From an uncultured Candidatus Binatia bacterium (lineage in GTDB: Bacteria > Desulfobacterota > Binatia > Bin18), in contig OZ243961.1 of NCBI GenBank assembly GCA_965214605.1, positions 416,001 to 480,000 on the forward strand: a stretch of 64,000 nucleotides of DNA, read 5' to 3'. The position numbers and the translations under genes were made by a program. How positions within the stretch are numbered: the stretch's first letter is position 1; each line of letters opens with the position of its first letter. The notes under the pieces are model-generated. The model was not told the origin of the DNA. It was given only the letters and a program-made list of their open reading frames with translations, and searched no databases. This document shows, piece after piece, positions 10,717 to 19,548 of this stretch.

Positions 10717-10730
10717 CCGTCTGCACTTGC

Positions 10731-11141
10731 TCAAACCGCAGGACGCGTATCGGGTAAGACCCTGCGTTCTTTAAACAGCCACCGCCCGTCGACCTTTTCG
10801 ATTTGATCTTCGTACCGGCCAGAAATAACTAGCTCGGTTTTGCCCTCTGCGGCATGGGTCATCAGTAGATAACACTCAGCGCTGGCCCGGTTCCCTTCGA
10901 CCGTAATCAACACATTCATCACACAGTGGCGCGGCTGGTGCGCCCCGGTCCAATCCTGATAGCGCTGGGTGAACCGCCGCAGTTTATCCGCACCTTGCCA
11001 ACGACCTAGAATGGGACTGTCAAAAACGCCGTCCGGGGTAAAGCACTCGACCCATTCTTTATAGCGGCCAGCGTCGATATGGAGACAATATCTCGTCAGT
11101 AGGTCGCGGATCTCTTCTTTGTCTTCTAATAAGCTTGACAT
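10731..11141 (-). CDS. SnoaL-like / NTF2 family protein
   Basis: EIRDLLTRYC..D, FTPDG, GRYEDQIEKVDGRWLFKER. Confidence 0.88.
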   Translation of the reverse strand: MSSLLEDKEEIRDLLTRYCLHIDAGRYKEWVECFTPDGVFDSPILGRWQGADKLRRFTQRYQDWTGAHQPRHCVMNVLITVEGNRASAECYLLMTHAAEGKTELVISGRYEDQIEKVDGRWLFKERRVLPDTRPAV

Positions 11142-11187
11142 GTCATCCTCACTGTCTTTCGGCACAAGTCACTTACCGAGTGGTCTC

Positions 11188-12006
11188 TCAGGGAACGGCG
11201 GTCGGCAGAGAAATACCCATGGCCCGGCCGTCCCTATGGATTTGCATGGCAATGGTCTGGCCGTGCTCTTCGCGCATCCTGGTCTGGAAATCCCGGATAT
11301 TCTTAATCGTCTTCCCAGCGATGGTCAAAATAATGTCGCCACGTTGCAGATGGCCCTGAGCGGCCGCTCCGGTCTCCACATCGGCAACTAAGACACCGTG
11401 GGTGCCCGGCAGTTGGAAAACACGGGCCAGCTCCTGACTGAGATTCTGGACGGTCACCCCACGGCTGTGCACGTTTTCCAGGAGCGTTGCCTCAAGCAAA
11501 CCCCGAGCGACAAAAATCGGCCGCTCGAAACGCAGCGCTAGGGCAATCGCATCGCTGGGCCGACTATCAATCTCAATCGGATGATCGGCCGCCGTGGTCA
11601 GATGAATACGGGCATAATAGGTACGGCCTTTCAGCTCGCTGACAACCACCTTGTCAAGACCAACCCCAGCTTGATCCAAGATGTTTTTCAGCAGATCGTG
11701 GGTGAGCGGCCGCGGAGTGGGCTGTCCGCGCAGTTCGTACTCAATCGCTCGGGCCTCGGCGATACCGATCCAGATCGGCATCACCCGAGTCTGCGCCTCA
11801 TCTAAGAGCCAGACAATCGGCGAGCGGGAGATAGGGTCAAAACTGACTCGGTTGACCGTGAACCGGACCATGGCCGGGTCAGCGCTATCGGACGCGTAGC
11901 AGACCCAGGTCAGCAAGCCAGACAGCACCACACACAGCCCACTATAGCCCGCCGTCCAGCCGAGGTGCGAAAAAAGAAACCATTGGTGCGACATATGCTT
12001 GCTCAT
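11188..12006 (-). CDS. Bifunctional nuclease (DUF151) domain fused to a C-terminal PDZ domain, with N-terminal hydrophobic segment
   Basis: MPIWIGIAEARAI, PRPLTHDL and IDSRPSDAIALA (DUF151); GVLVADV..LQRGDIILTI (PDZ). Confidence 0.85.
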   Translation of the reverse strand: MSKHMSHQWFLFSHLGWTAGYSGLCVVLSGLLTWVCYASDSADPAMVRFTVNRVSFDPISRSPIVWLLDEAQTRVMPIWIGIAEARAIEYELRGQPTPRPLTHDLLKNILDQAGVGLDKVVVSELKGRTYYARIHLTTAADHPIEIDSRPSDAIALALRFERPIFVARGLLEATLLENVHSRGVTVQNLSQELARVFQLPGTHGVLVADVETGAAAQGHLQRGDIILTIAGKTIKNIRDFQTRMREEHGQTIAMQIHRDGRAMGISLPTAVP

Positions 12007-12084
12007 AGGATTCTCCTTTCCGGACTCGGACTATCAAGCCCGATTCACGGCCAGGACGGACTTCTATTCCTTCCCCCTAGCTAG

Positions 12085-12090
12085 TATACT
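12085..12090 (+). promoter_or_regulatory. Putative -10 box (TATACT) 8 nt upstream of ATG 12099, possibly a leaderless transcript
   Basis: TATACT-ttctgggc-ATG with no SD in between. Confidence 0.4.
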
Positions 12091-12098
12091 TTCTGGGC

Positions 12099-12728
12099 AT
12101 GAGCAAGCCACGTCCAGTCTCTCCTCAGCCCCACGGACTAGCCCAGGTCAACAACGAGCAGCTGTACCATTTTTTCCTGCGCCATACTCAGCGCAGCTTT
12201 GGGGAGTTAGGCATAGGGGATCGGTCGCCGGTCATCGCCTATGTGGCCGAGGTCCTCGCCACCTTTGCCCAGGCCGACCAGCTGTACCGTCTGCATTCTC
12301 CGACCTCCCGCCGCCTGAGCAGCGTGGTCGCCATCTTGGCCGAACAGCCCGCGCTACAGATTGACCCCGCAGGCGATCAAGACGTCTCTTCAGGCCTATG
12401 GCGCGAACGTGCGGTACGCAAACACGTTGGGGACTACACGCTGTTTATGAGCGGTCTGTTCCGCGCCTATGTCGAAAAGCTCGACGTCCTTGACTACTAC
12501 ATCCAGGAAGGTCGCCAGTCCTATCGCAAAGTGTCCGAGCTGGACGTGAGCCTCTATCAGGCCGGCTTTCGGCTGTTTGAGGAACTGGCCAAAAACTTTG
12601 AATACTACTCGGGTGCGCTTGACTACATGCGCAAAGCCTATTTTGCGGCCAGTCCGGGCGACAATTCGTTTGGCCAGTTTCTGCGCCGAGTCGAGGGCTG
12701 GGTCAAAATGCACCTGTCTCAGAACTGA
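12099..12728 (+). CDS. Conserved hypothetical helical protein
   Basis: Clean 209-aa ORF containing RKHVGDYTLFMSGLF; function not recognised. Confidence 0.75.
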   Translation: MSKPRPVSPQPHGLAQVNNEQLYHFFLRHTQRSFGELGIGDRSPVIAYVAEVLATFAQADQLYRLHSPTSRRLSSVVAILAEQPALQIDPAGDQDVSSGLWRERAVRKHVGDYTLFMSGLFRAYVEKLDVLDYYIQEGRQSYRKVSELDVSLYQAGFRLFEELAKNFEYYSGALDYMRKAYFAASPGDNSFGQFLRRVEGWVKMHLSQN

Positions 12729-12739
12729 GACCAACCCCA

Positions 12740-13708
12740 GTGGCCTGCGAGCCGAATATACGAGAAGCGAGTCGTGACACAGACGGGCCGAGCTGGCGGG
12801 AGTGGACGGTCTCGGCACAGGACGATTTGGCCCGCCTTGATACTTTTTTGGCCCGTCACCTGCCAAGTATCTCGCGGCGGGCAGCTGTTTCTCTGTTCAG
12901 CGCCGGCCAAGTGTATCTGAACCAGCGGCCAGGCAAAAAGGGCGACCGGGTTCGCGGCGGCGATAATGTACAGGCCCAGGTTCGCCTGTGCCTCAGACCC
13001 AATCCGTCGCTTCCGGTCCGACTAGTATACGCCCAGGGCGCGGTCCTCGGTCTTGACAAACCGCCCGACGTGCCAAGTGTCGCCCTACGCTTTAGTGATA
13101 CCCATACAGTCGCCAACTATCTGGCGGCCCGCTATCCCGACACCATGCTGAACAGTCTGTCGCCACGCGCACCACTTGAAGCCGGTGTCGTCCACCGGCT
13201 TGACACCCCCACCTCAGGTCTGCTGCTGGCAGCCCGAACAGCGGAGGCCTACACAGCCCTCCGCTCCCAATTCTCCAGCCATCAAATTACCAAAGACTAT
13301 CTGGCCTGGGTACACGGACAAGCGAACGAGCGGGAACTCAGCGGCACCAAACACTTTTTTCTGGTGGCTGAAGGCAAGCGGGGACATCGTATGCGGGTTG
13401 TGAGCCCCTCTGAGCGGGACCGCGCCTCTCGACACCGTGCCTATGAGGCGATCTCTACTTACACCCGTCTCGAAACACGCTCCGACTACAGCCTCATCCG
13501 CATTCGGCTTCATACCGGTGTACGCCACCAAATCCGAGCGCACTTGGCCGCTCTAGGTCATCCTGTGGTCGGCGACACACGCTATGGTGCATCGGCCGGG
13601 GCGCACCGACTAGCGCTGCACGCCGAGGCTCTACGCTTTGTTCATCCCGGTACCGGGCAAAGCGTGCACCTGCGTCAGCCTAGCGACGCAGGCTTTTTTA
13701 CCGTTTAA
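12740..13708 (+). CDS. RluA family pseudouridine synthase with S4 domain
   Basis: RLDTFLA (S4), VHRLDTPTSG catalytic Asp, TGVRHQIRAH, PVVGDTRYG. Confidence 0.92.
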   Translation: MACEPNIREASRDTDGPSWREWTVSAQDDLARLDTFLARHLPSISRRAAVSLFSAGQVYLNQRPGKKGDRVRGGDNVQAQVRLCLRPNPSLPVRLVYAQGAVLGLDKPPDVPSVALRFSDTHTVANYLAARYPDTMLNSLSPRAPLEAGVVHRLDTPTSGLLLAARTAEAYTALRSQFSSHQITKDYLAWVHGQANERELSGTKHFFLVAEGKRGHRMRVVSPSERDRASRHRAYEAISTYTRLETRSDYSLIRIRLHTGVRHQIRAHLAALGHPVVGDTRYGASAGAHRLALHAEALRFVHPGTGQSVHLRQPSDAGFFTV

Positions 13709-13725
13709 AAAAGGGAGGGAGGAAC

Positions 13726-14088
13726 CTAGGCGGCAGCCCGGCCTTTTTTCCTGCTTTTCCCCCGGGTTTTGGCACACGCCGCGCACAGGTTGGCAACGTT
13801 ATTGGGATCTTCGACAAGTCCCTCGTCGAGATTATGACAGATTTTTCTGCAGTCAAGACAGATGAAGTAAATCCCCTCAATCGTCTTATTAATGCGTTCC
13901 CGGTTCAGGACTCGGCCTTTGAGCTTTTCAATCCGAATCTCAAGGAGTTCTTCATAGCGCCGCTTGATCTTGCGACGCCCCATTTCATCCTTAGGCAAAT
14001 CTTCTTCGGCGGTGTCCTCTGAACGCTCTTCATCATCGAATAACACTAAACCGTATTGAGCGTTCTCTTTTTTATTCGCGCGTGGCAT
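13726..14088 (-). CDS. Hypothetical protein with possible Cys Zn-finger
   Basis: CLDC..CH...CAAC, charged N-terminus, GGAGGA SD. Confidence 0.7.
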   Translation of the reverse strand: MPRANKKENAQYGLVLFDDEERSEDTAEEDLPKDEMGRRKIKRRYEELLEIRIEKLKGRVLNRERINKTIEGIYFICLDCRKICHNLDEGLVEDPNNVANLCAACAKTRGKSRKKGRAAA

Positions 14089-14208
14089 GCACGTCCTCCT
14101 CCACGCAAGCGGCCAGCCCGGCGGCCAGGGTCAAAAAGCGAAAACGGGCGGGTGGCGTTGCCAGGATTTCCCTACATATGCGATGAGGACGAAGATTGTC
14201 AAGACTTC

Positions 14209-14237
14209 TTGTCGAGTCGGGGAGAGCGTGGTAGGCT
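14209..14237 (+). promoter_or_regulatory. Putative sigma70 promoter for ttuB-ttuA-trmI, likely leaderless
   Basis: TTGTCG-N17-TAGGCT with extended TGn; -10 ends 6 nt before ATG 14244. Confidence 0.45.
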
Positions 14238-14243
14238 AGATGA

Positions 14244-14441
14244 ATGCGGGTTACGCTCCTGCCGCAAAACCAGACGATGATATTTCCGCAGCGTATGCGC
14301 GTGTCCGCCCTGCTGAGCAAGCTGGACTTAGTGCCGGGGACGGTCATGGTAATTCGTGGTACGGCCCTGCTGATAGATGAGGACCTGATTCAGGAAGACG
14401 ATGAGATTGAGATCCGTTCGGTTATTTCGGGGGGTGTATGA
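14244..14441 (+). CDS. ttuB: TtuB-like ubiquitin-like (MoaD/ThiS) sulfur carrier
   Basis: 65 aa ending EDDEIEIRSVISGGV; ATGA overlap with ttuA. Confidence 0.82.
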   Translation: MRVTLLPQNQTMIFPQRMRVSALLSKLDLVPGTVMVIRGTALLIDEDLIQEDDEIEIRSVISGGV

Positions 14442-15355
14442 AGTGTAAACGCTGTGGGGAACGGGCGGAAATCCAGCTCCGCTCGCATAACGCAGCCTTC
14501 TGCCGCTCGTGCTTTGTCATGTACTTCCAGCGTCAGGTTGGGCGAGCCATTCAGAAACAGCACATGTTTACCCCTCAGGACCGGATTCTGGTCGCCGTGT
14601 CCGGTGGGAAGGACAGCCTTGCCCTGTGGGACGTTCTGCTCGTCCTCGGCTATCAGACCCAGGGCTTGTATTTAGCTCTGGGCATTGGGGACTATTCGAG
14701 CCAATCACAGCACAAGGCCGAGGCCTTCGCCCGCCAGCGCGGGGTGCCGCTGCGCATTGTCCACCTGTCCGAGGACGCGGTCTCGGTGCCTGTTGCAGCT
14801 CAATTTACCAACCGCGTTCCGTGCGCGGCGTGCGGCATGATGAAGCGCCACTTCTTCGACCAAGCCGCTCTTGAAGGCGGCTTCTCGGTTTTGGCTACCG
14901 GTCACAACCTAGACGACGAAGCCGCCCGTCTGCTGGGCAATGTTTTGCACTGGCAAACCGAGTATCTGGCCCGCCAGACCCCGGTCTTGGAGCCCAGCCA
15001 CCCTCAGTTTGTCCGTAAGGTTCGCCCGCTGTACCGCTTAGGTGAGCTAGAAGCCGCGGCCTACGCCTTTTTTCGCGGGATTGATTATGTGATTGATGAA
15101 TGTCCCAACAGCGTTGGTGCTACCCAGCTGAGCTATAAAGATATGCTTAACCGGCTCGAGGCTAAAATGCCGGGTACCAAACTCAACTTTGTCCAGGAAT
15201 TCTTGCGCTCGGCGCAGCCGGTCTTTGCCACTGCAAACGAAAGCCCGCCTCAAACGTGCTCGGTATGCGGCATGCCGTCCTTTAGCTCGGTGTGCGCGTT
15301 CTGTCGCCTCCTCCAAGAAGTCAAGCGCAAACAGGAACGCAGCAGCGGACCATGA
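14438..15355 (+). CDS. ttuA: tRNA 2-thiouridine synthase TtuA (PP-loop, Zn fingers)
   Basis: MKCKRC...FCRSC, VSGGKDS, PCAACG, ATGHNLDDEA, DECP, C-terminal CSVC..CAFC. Confidence 0.88.
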   Translation: MKCKRCGERAEIQLRSHNAAFCRSCFVMYFQRQVGRAIQKQHMFTPQDRILVAVSGGKDSLALWDVLLVLGYQTQGLYLALGIGDYSSQSQHKAEAFARQRGVPLRIVHLSEDAVSVPVAAQFTNRVPCAACGMMKRHFFDQAALEGGFSVLATGHNLDDEAARLLGNVLHWQTEYLARQTPVLEPSHPQFVRKVRPLYRLGELEAAAYAFFRGIDYVIDECPNSVGATQLSYKDMLNRLEAKMPGTKLNFVQEFLRSAQPVFATANESPPQTCSVCGMPSFSSVCAFCRLLQEVKRKQERSSGP

Positions 15356-15413
15356 GCACCGGTAGGGCGCAGCCACAGGCGCCCTTCTCCATTTCGCATT
15401 CGTCATTGAACCT

Positions 15414-16223
15414 ATGCTTTCTCCCCGCTCCCTCCTCCAAGCCGGTGACAACGTGCTGTTTATTGACCGTAAAGAACGTGAGTACCTGCGGACTCTCAAA
15501 GCGGGCGGCCGCCTGTCGCTACGCGGCGGCCCGCTCTTGGCCGACGATATTATAGGACTGCCCGAGGGCAGTCTCATTCGCACGTCTCAAAATGAACCGT
15601 TTTGGGTTTTTCGACCCAGCTATGCCCATTTGATTCCCAACCTGCCTCGGCGGGCTCAGGTCATCTACCCAAAGGACGTCGGCCCCCTCCTGTTATGGGG
15701 TGATATCTTTCCCGGCGCAGCCGTCCTTGAAGTCGGGGTCGGTCCCGGCGCCTTGAGCATAGCCCTGCTGCGGGCGATCGGGCCCAACGGAACGCTGACA
15801 ACGGTCGAGGCTCGGCAGGATTTCTGTGACATGGCGCGTGAGAATGTGACGCGCTTTTTTGGACCAGCCCCGAACTGGACTCTCAAACACGGTGACGCCT
15901 ACGAAAAAATCGACGCGCCCGAGGTAGACCGGGTGGTCATCGACGTGCCCGAACCGTGGCGGGTCATTCCCCACGCAACATCAGTCCTGCGGCCGGGCGG
16001 CGTGCTGGTAGGTTATAGTCCGAGCACGGTCCAGGTCAAAACTCTGGTCGACGAGTTGCGCGCCAGCCCGTGTTTTACCGCGGTCGAGGTTATGGAGAAC
16101 CTCCTACGTTTCTGGCACGTCAAAGATATGGCGGTCCGCCCTCAACACCGTATGGTCGCCCATACCGGTTTTATCACGTTTGCTCGTCGGACGGCCGCAC
16201 CCGCCCTCCCCCCGTCCGCATAG
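15414..16223 (+). CDS. trmI: tRNA (adenine-58-N1)-methyltransferase TrmI/GCD14 family
   Basis: PRRAQVIYPKD, LEVGVGPG, DVPEPW, RPQHRMVAHTGF. Confidence 0.92.
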   Translation: MLSPRSLLQAGDNVLFIDRKEREYLRTLKAGGRLSLRGGPLLADDIIGLPEGSLIRTSQNEPFWVFRPSYAHLIPNLPRRAQVIYPKDVGPLLLWGDIFPGAAVLEVGVGPGALSIALLRAIGPNGTLTTVEARQDFCDMARENVTRFFGPAPNWTLKHGDAYEKIDAPEVDRVVIDVPEPWRVIPHATSVLRPGGVLVGYSPSTVQVKTLVDELRASPCFTAVEVMENLLRFWHVKDMAVRPQHRMVAHTGFITFARRTAAPALPPSA

Positions 16224-16348
16224 GCGGAGGCGGCCCTCCCGTGGCTGCCCTATTTCCCTGGCCCGTTTCAACGCATTGACGCGGGCAAAACAATCCCGCT
16301 AGAAAAGATGTATGTCCTCAGCTCTTGGAATGTCCAAAAGGGGAAGCC

Positions 16349-17110
16349 ATGCAGAAAGTCTTGTTCGAAAAAAAAGACCATATCGCCTATGTGACGATCA
16401 ACCGCCCGGAACGGCTCAACGCCTGTGATTTTGAGACCTACCAACAGCTGGCCACAATCTGGCAAGAATTCCAGGATGACACCGCGCTGCGCGTCGGTAT
16501 TCTGACCGGGGCCGGCGAACGCGGCTTTTGTGCCGGCAGCGATATTAAAGCCAATTATGTGGACCGCTCTGAAGGCGAACCGCCCAACACCTTGTTCCCC
16601 GTTTTGTTGAACCTGACCAAGCCGATCATTGCCGCCATCAATGGTCACGCCAACGGCGGCGGCTTAGAACAGGCCCTGGCATGTGACATTCGTGTTGCGG
16701 CCGAGCACGCTCAGTTCGGTCTAGGCGAGGTCCGCCTCGGCTGGCTGCCGGGCGGCGGCGGCACCCAGCGCCTGCCGCGCCTGATCCCGCTCGGTCGCGC
16801 CCTTGAGATGCTGTACACCGGCAATCGGATTGACGCGAGCGAAGCCCTGCGACTCGGCCTAGTCGACCACGTCGTACCGATGGACCGGCTGATGAGTACC
16901 TGTCAGATGATCGCCACCGAGATCTGTAAGAGCGCCCCGTTAGCGGTCCAGAAGATCAAGCAGGCGGCACTCCGTGGCCTTGACATGCCGCTGGCCGACG
17001 GACTCAAATTCGAACGTGAGCTGTTTAACTTCCTGATGGAGACCGAGGACTCGCGCGAAGGCGCTCGGGCGTTTGCTGAAAAACGTGCCCCGCAGTGGCA
17101 GAGCAAGTAA
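16349..17110 (+). CDS. Enoyl-CoA hydratase/isomerase family protein
   Basis: INRPERLNA, FCAGSD, AAINGHANGGGLE, PGGGGTQRLPR. Confidence 0.93.
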   Translation: MQKVLFEKKDHIAYVTINRPERLNACDFETYQQLATIWQEFQDDTALRVGILTGAGERGFCAGSDIKANYVDRSEGEPPNTLFPVLLNLTKPIIAAINGHANGGGLEQALACDIRVAAEHAQFGLGEVRLGWLPGGGGTQRLPRLIPLGRALEMLYTGNRIDASEALRLGLVDHVVPMDRLMSTCQMIATEICKSAPLAVQKIKQAALRGLDMPLADGLKFERELFNFLMETEDSREGARAFAEKRAPQWQSK

Positions 17111-17206
17111 AAGCAGTGCAGAACGATGGAATAAAAAACAAGATTAAAAGCCTTTTTTGCGGTTCACCCTTCATAGGTTATTGTTTGGCGGACAAAGGAG
17201 CCGTGC

Positions 17207-17986
17207 ATGAGTCGTGTCCCAGACGAAGCCATCCACCAGGCAGCCACAATCCTGCTGTCGGCAGACCATGTCATGGCTCTGACCGGAGCTGGCATATCGG
17301 TCGAGAGCGGGATTCCTCCGTTTCGTGGGCCGGGTGGCCTGTGGACCAAGTACGGCGAACCACCCATGAATGGCTATGAACGCTTTTTGGCAGATCCGCA
17401 AAAAGCCTGGCAGGAACGCTTATCACCCTCGGGCCCAAGTAAAGAGATGTGGAGCAGGCTTGCAGTGGCCGAGCCAAATCACGGCCATCGGGCCCTGGTC
17501 GAGCTGGAAAATATGGGCGTCCTACGCTCCATGATCAGCCAAAACGTCGATAATCTTCACCGTCGGGCGGGCCATCGTAATCTGATCGAAATCCACGGCA
17601 ATTACACCCTCATTCGCTGTATCGACTGCACGGCCCGCTTTCCCGTCTCTGAGGTCCCTCTCCATACGCTTCCGCCCGAGTGTCCACACTGCCACGGCGT
17701 TCTGAAGAACGACACCGTCTCCTTTGGTGAGCCTATCCCCCAGGATGTTTTGGAACAGTGTCATAGTCAGACTCAGCTGTGCGACTGTATGCTAGTAGCC
17801 GGGACCTCGGCAACCGTGTATCCGGCGGCTGCCTTTCCGCTGGCAGTGCGGGAAAAAGGCGGGAGTCTGATTGAGGTCAACCCGTACGAGAATGAGCTAA
17901 GTCCGTTCAGCACGCTGAGCCTGCGTGGCCCCTCGGCCCATGTCCTGCCCCGACTGGTAGACAAGGTAAAGGAACTTCGCGTATAA
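17207..17986 (+). CDS. cobB: NAD-dependent protein deacylase (Sir2 family)
   Basis: GAGISVESGIPPFRG, SQNVDNLH, IHG, two CxxC, GTSATVYPAA. Confidence 0.92.
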   Translation: MSRVPDEAIHQAATILLSADHVMALTGAGISVESGIPPFRGPGGLWTKYGEPPMNGYERFLADPQKAWQERLSPSGPSKEMWSRLAVAEPNHGHRALVELENMGVLRSMISQNVDNLHRRAGHRNLIEIHGNYTLIRCIDCTARFPVSEVPLHTLPPECPHCHGVLKNDTVSFGEPIPQDVLEQCHSQTQLCDCMLVAGTSATVYPAAAFPLAVREKGGSLIEVNPYENELSPFSTLSLRGPSAHVLPRLVDKVKELRV

Positions 17987-18013
17987 CCCAGTCTGCCAAC
18001 GCAGGAGAAGCCG

Positions 18014-18601
18014 ATGAAGCAGTGGTTCGCCTTATCCGCTCTTGGACGTGACCGACCCGGTATTGTCGCCGATCTTGCTGAACTGATTTACGAGTGCGAC
18101 TGTAATCTCGAAGATTCCAGTATGACGATGCTCGGTGGTGAATTTGCCGTCCTGCTCTTGTTGTCGAGTCAGAGTCATCAAGATACTGAGCGGGTACTGT
18201 CTGGCGCCTGCAAACGGCTTGAGTGGGAAAAACGCCTGACGGTCTTTTTTCGGCCCTTGCAGGGAGAACCCCGTCTCTACGGGAGAGGTCAGCCGTATCG
18301 GACGTATGAACTGCACGCCACAGGCATAGATACCGCCGGTATTGTAGCCAAGATTACCCGCTGTTTGGCCGAGCACGATATTAATATCACCACCCTGCAC
18401 ACCCACACCCATCCAGAGCCGGGCAGCGGAACAGCTATTTACACCATGCAGATCCAGCTTGACGTTCCGGTAGCCCTCGACATATCAGCAGTCCATCAAC
18501 GCTTAGATGCGATTGCCGATAGCCTGCATATTCATATCGACCTCATACCCATCCAGGAAGACGGGGCTGGAGCGAATACGGTGATAAGGAGACAGCTATG
18601 A
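18014..18601 (+). CDS. Double ACT domain protein, GcvR-like
   Basis: LGRDRPGIVA..CNLEDSSMTMLGGEFA and second ACT GIDTAGIV. Confidence 0.85.
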   Translation: MKQWFALSALGRDRPGIVADLAELIYECDCNLEDSSMTMLGGEFAVLLLLSSQSHQDTERVLSGACKRLEWEKRLTVFFRPLQGEPRLYGRGQPYRTYELHATGIDTAGIVAKITRCLAEHDINITTLHTHTHPEPGSGTAIYTMQIQLDVPVALDISAVHQRLDAIADSLHIHIDLIPIQEDGAGANTVIRRQL

Positions 18602-19500
18602 AATTGGGATTCGTTGGGCTGGGCAATATGGGCAACAGTATGGCTATGAACTTGATCAAAGCCGGCCATAGTCTGCAGGTCACCGACCTACGACGTGCGG
18701 CCGGAGCCAACCTTGAGGAGGCGGGAGCGGTGTGGGTCGACAGCGCCGAGCAAGCTGCTGGCGGAGCCAATTTTACCTTTCTATCGTTACCCATGCCAAA
18801 AGATGTGGAACACGTCGTGCTGGGCGACAACGGCGTGCTGGCCGGCTGTCAGAGCGGACATACGATTGTTGACATGAGTACCAATGCCCCGACAGTGGTC
18901 AAGAGCTTAGCCGAACAGACCCAGGCGAAGGGCGTAGACTTTCTCGATGCCCCGGTCAGCGGTGGCGTGCGTGGTGCACGCAACGCCAGCCTAGCTATTA
19001 TGGTCGGCGGTGAGAAGGCGGTGTACGAGCGCTGCGAACCGCTGCTCAAAGCGATGGGCGAGCATGTCTTTCATGTTGGCGATAGTGGAGCCGGCAATGT
19101 GGCCAAGCTGGTCAATAATATGCTAGCCTTTATCCATATGATGGGTGCGGCCGAAGCCTTAGTGTTAGGCACCAAAGCCGGGGTTGATCCGAATGTGCTG
19201 TGGTCGATTGTCAAAGCCAGCAGCGGGGGTAGTTTCATCTGGAACTCGGGCACCCGTGCAATCCTGCGTGACCGACTGGCACCGACGTTCACCATCGACC
19301 TGGCCCGCAAGGATATCGGTTTAGCAACCGGTTTAGGCGATGAACTCCAGGTACCGCTCAAAATGGCCAAAATGGCCGAGGAGCTGATAGCCGGCTATCA
19401 GCAGAACGGCTATGCCCAGGAAGATGTGCTCGCCACCATTAAGGAATTAGAGAAAGTCACCGGCACCACGGTACGTGGGAGGTGGCGTGATCCGGTCTGA
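18598..19500 (+). CDS. Beta-hydroxyacid dehydrogenase (3-hydroxyisobutyrate / tartronate semialdehyde reductase family)
   Basis: GFVGLGNMG, LDAPVSGG, AKLVNN, KDIGLA. Confidence 0.92.
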   Translation: MKLGFVGLGNMGNSMAMNLIKAGHSLQVTDLRRAAGANLEEAGAVWVDSAEQAAGGANFTFLSLPMPKDVEHVVLGDNGVLAGCQSGHTIVDMSTNAPTVVKSLAEQTQAKGVDFLDAPVSGGVRGARNASLAIMVGGEKAVYERCEPLLKAMGEHVFHVGDSGAGNVAKLVNNMLAFIHMMGAAEALVLGTKAGVDPNVLWSIVKASSGGSFIWNSGTRAILRDRLAPTFTIDLARKDIGLATGLGDELQVPLKMAKMAEELIAGYQQNGYAQEDVLATIKELEKVTGTTVRGRWRDPV

Positions 19501-19548
19501 AACCCGAGATTCGTCCGATACGCACCAGAGAACAGAGAGGATGTGGCC

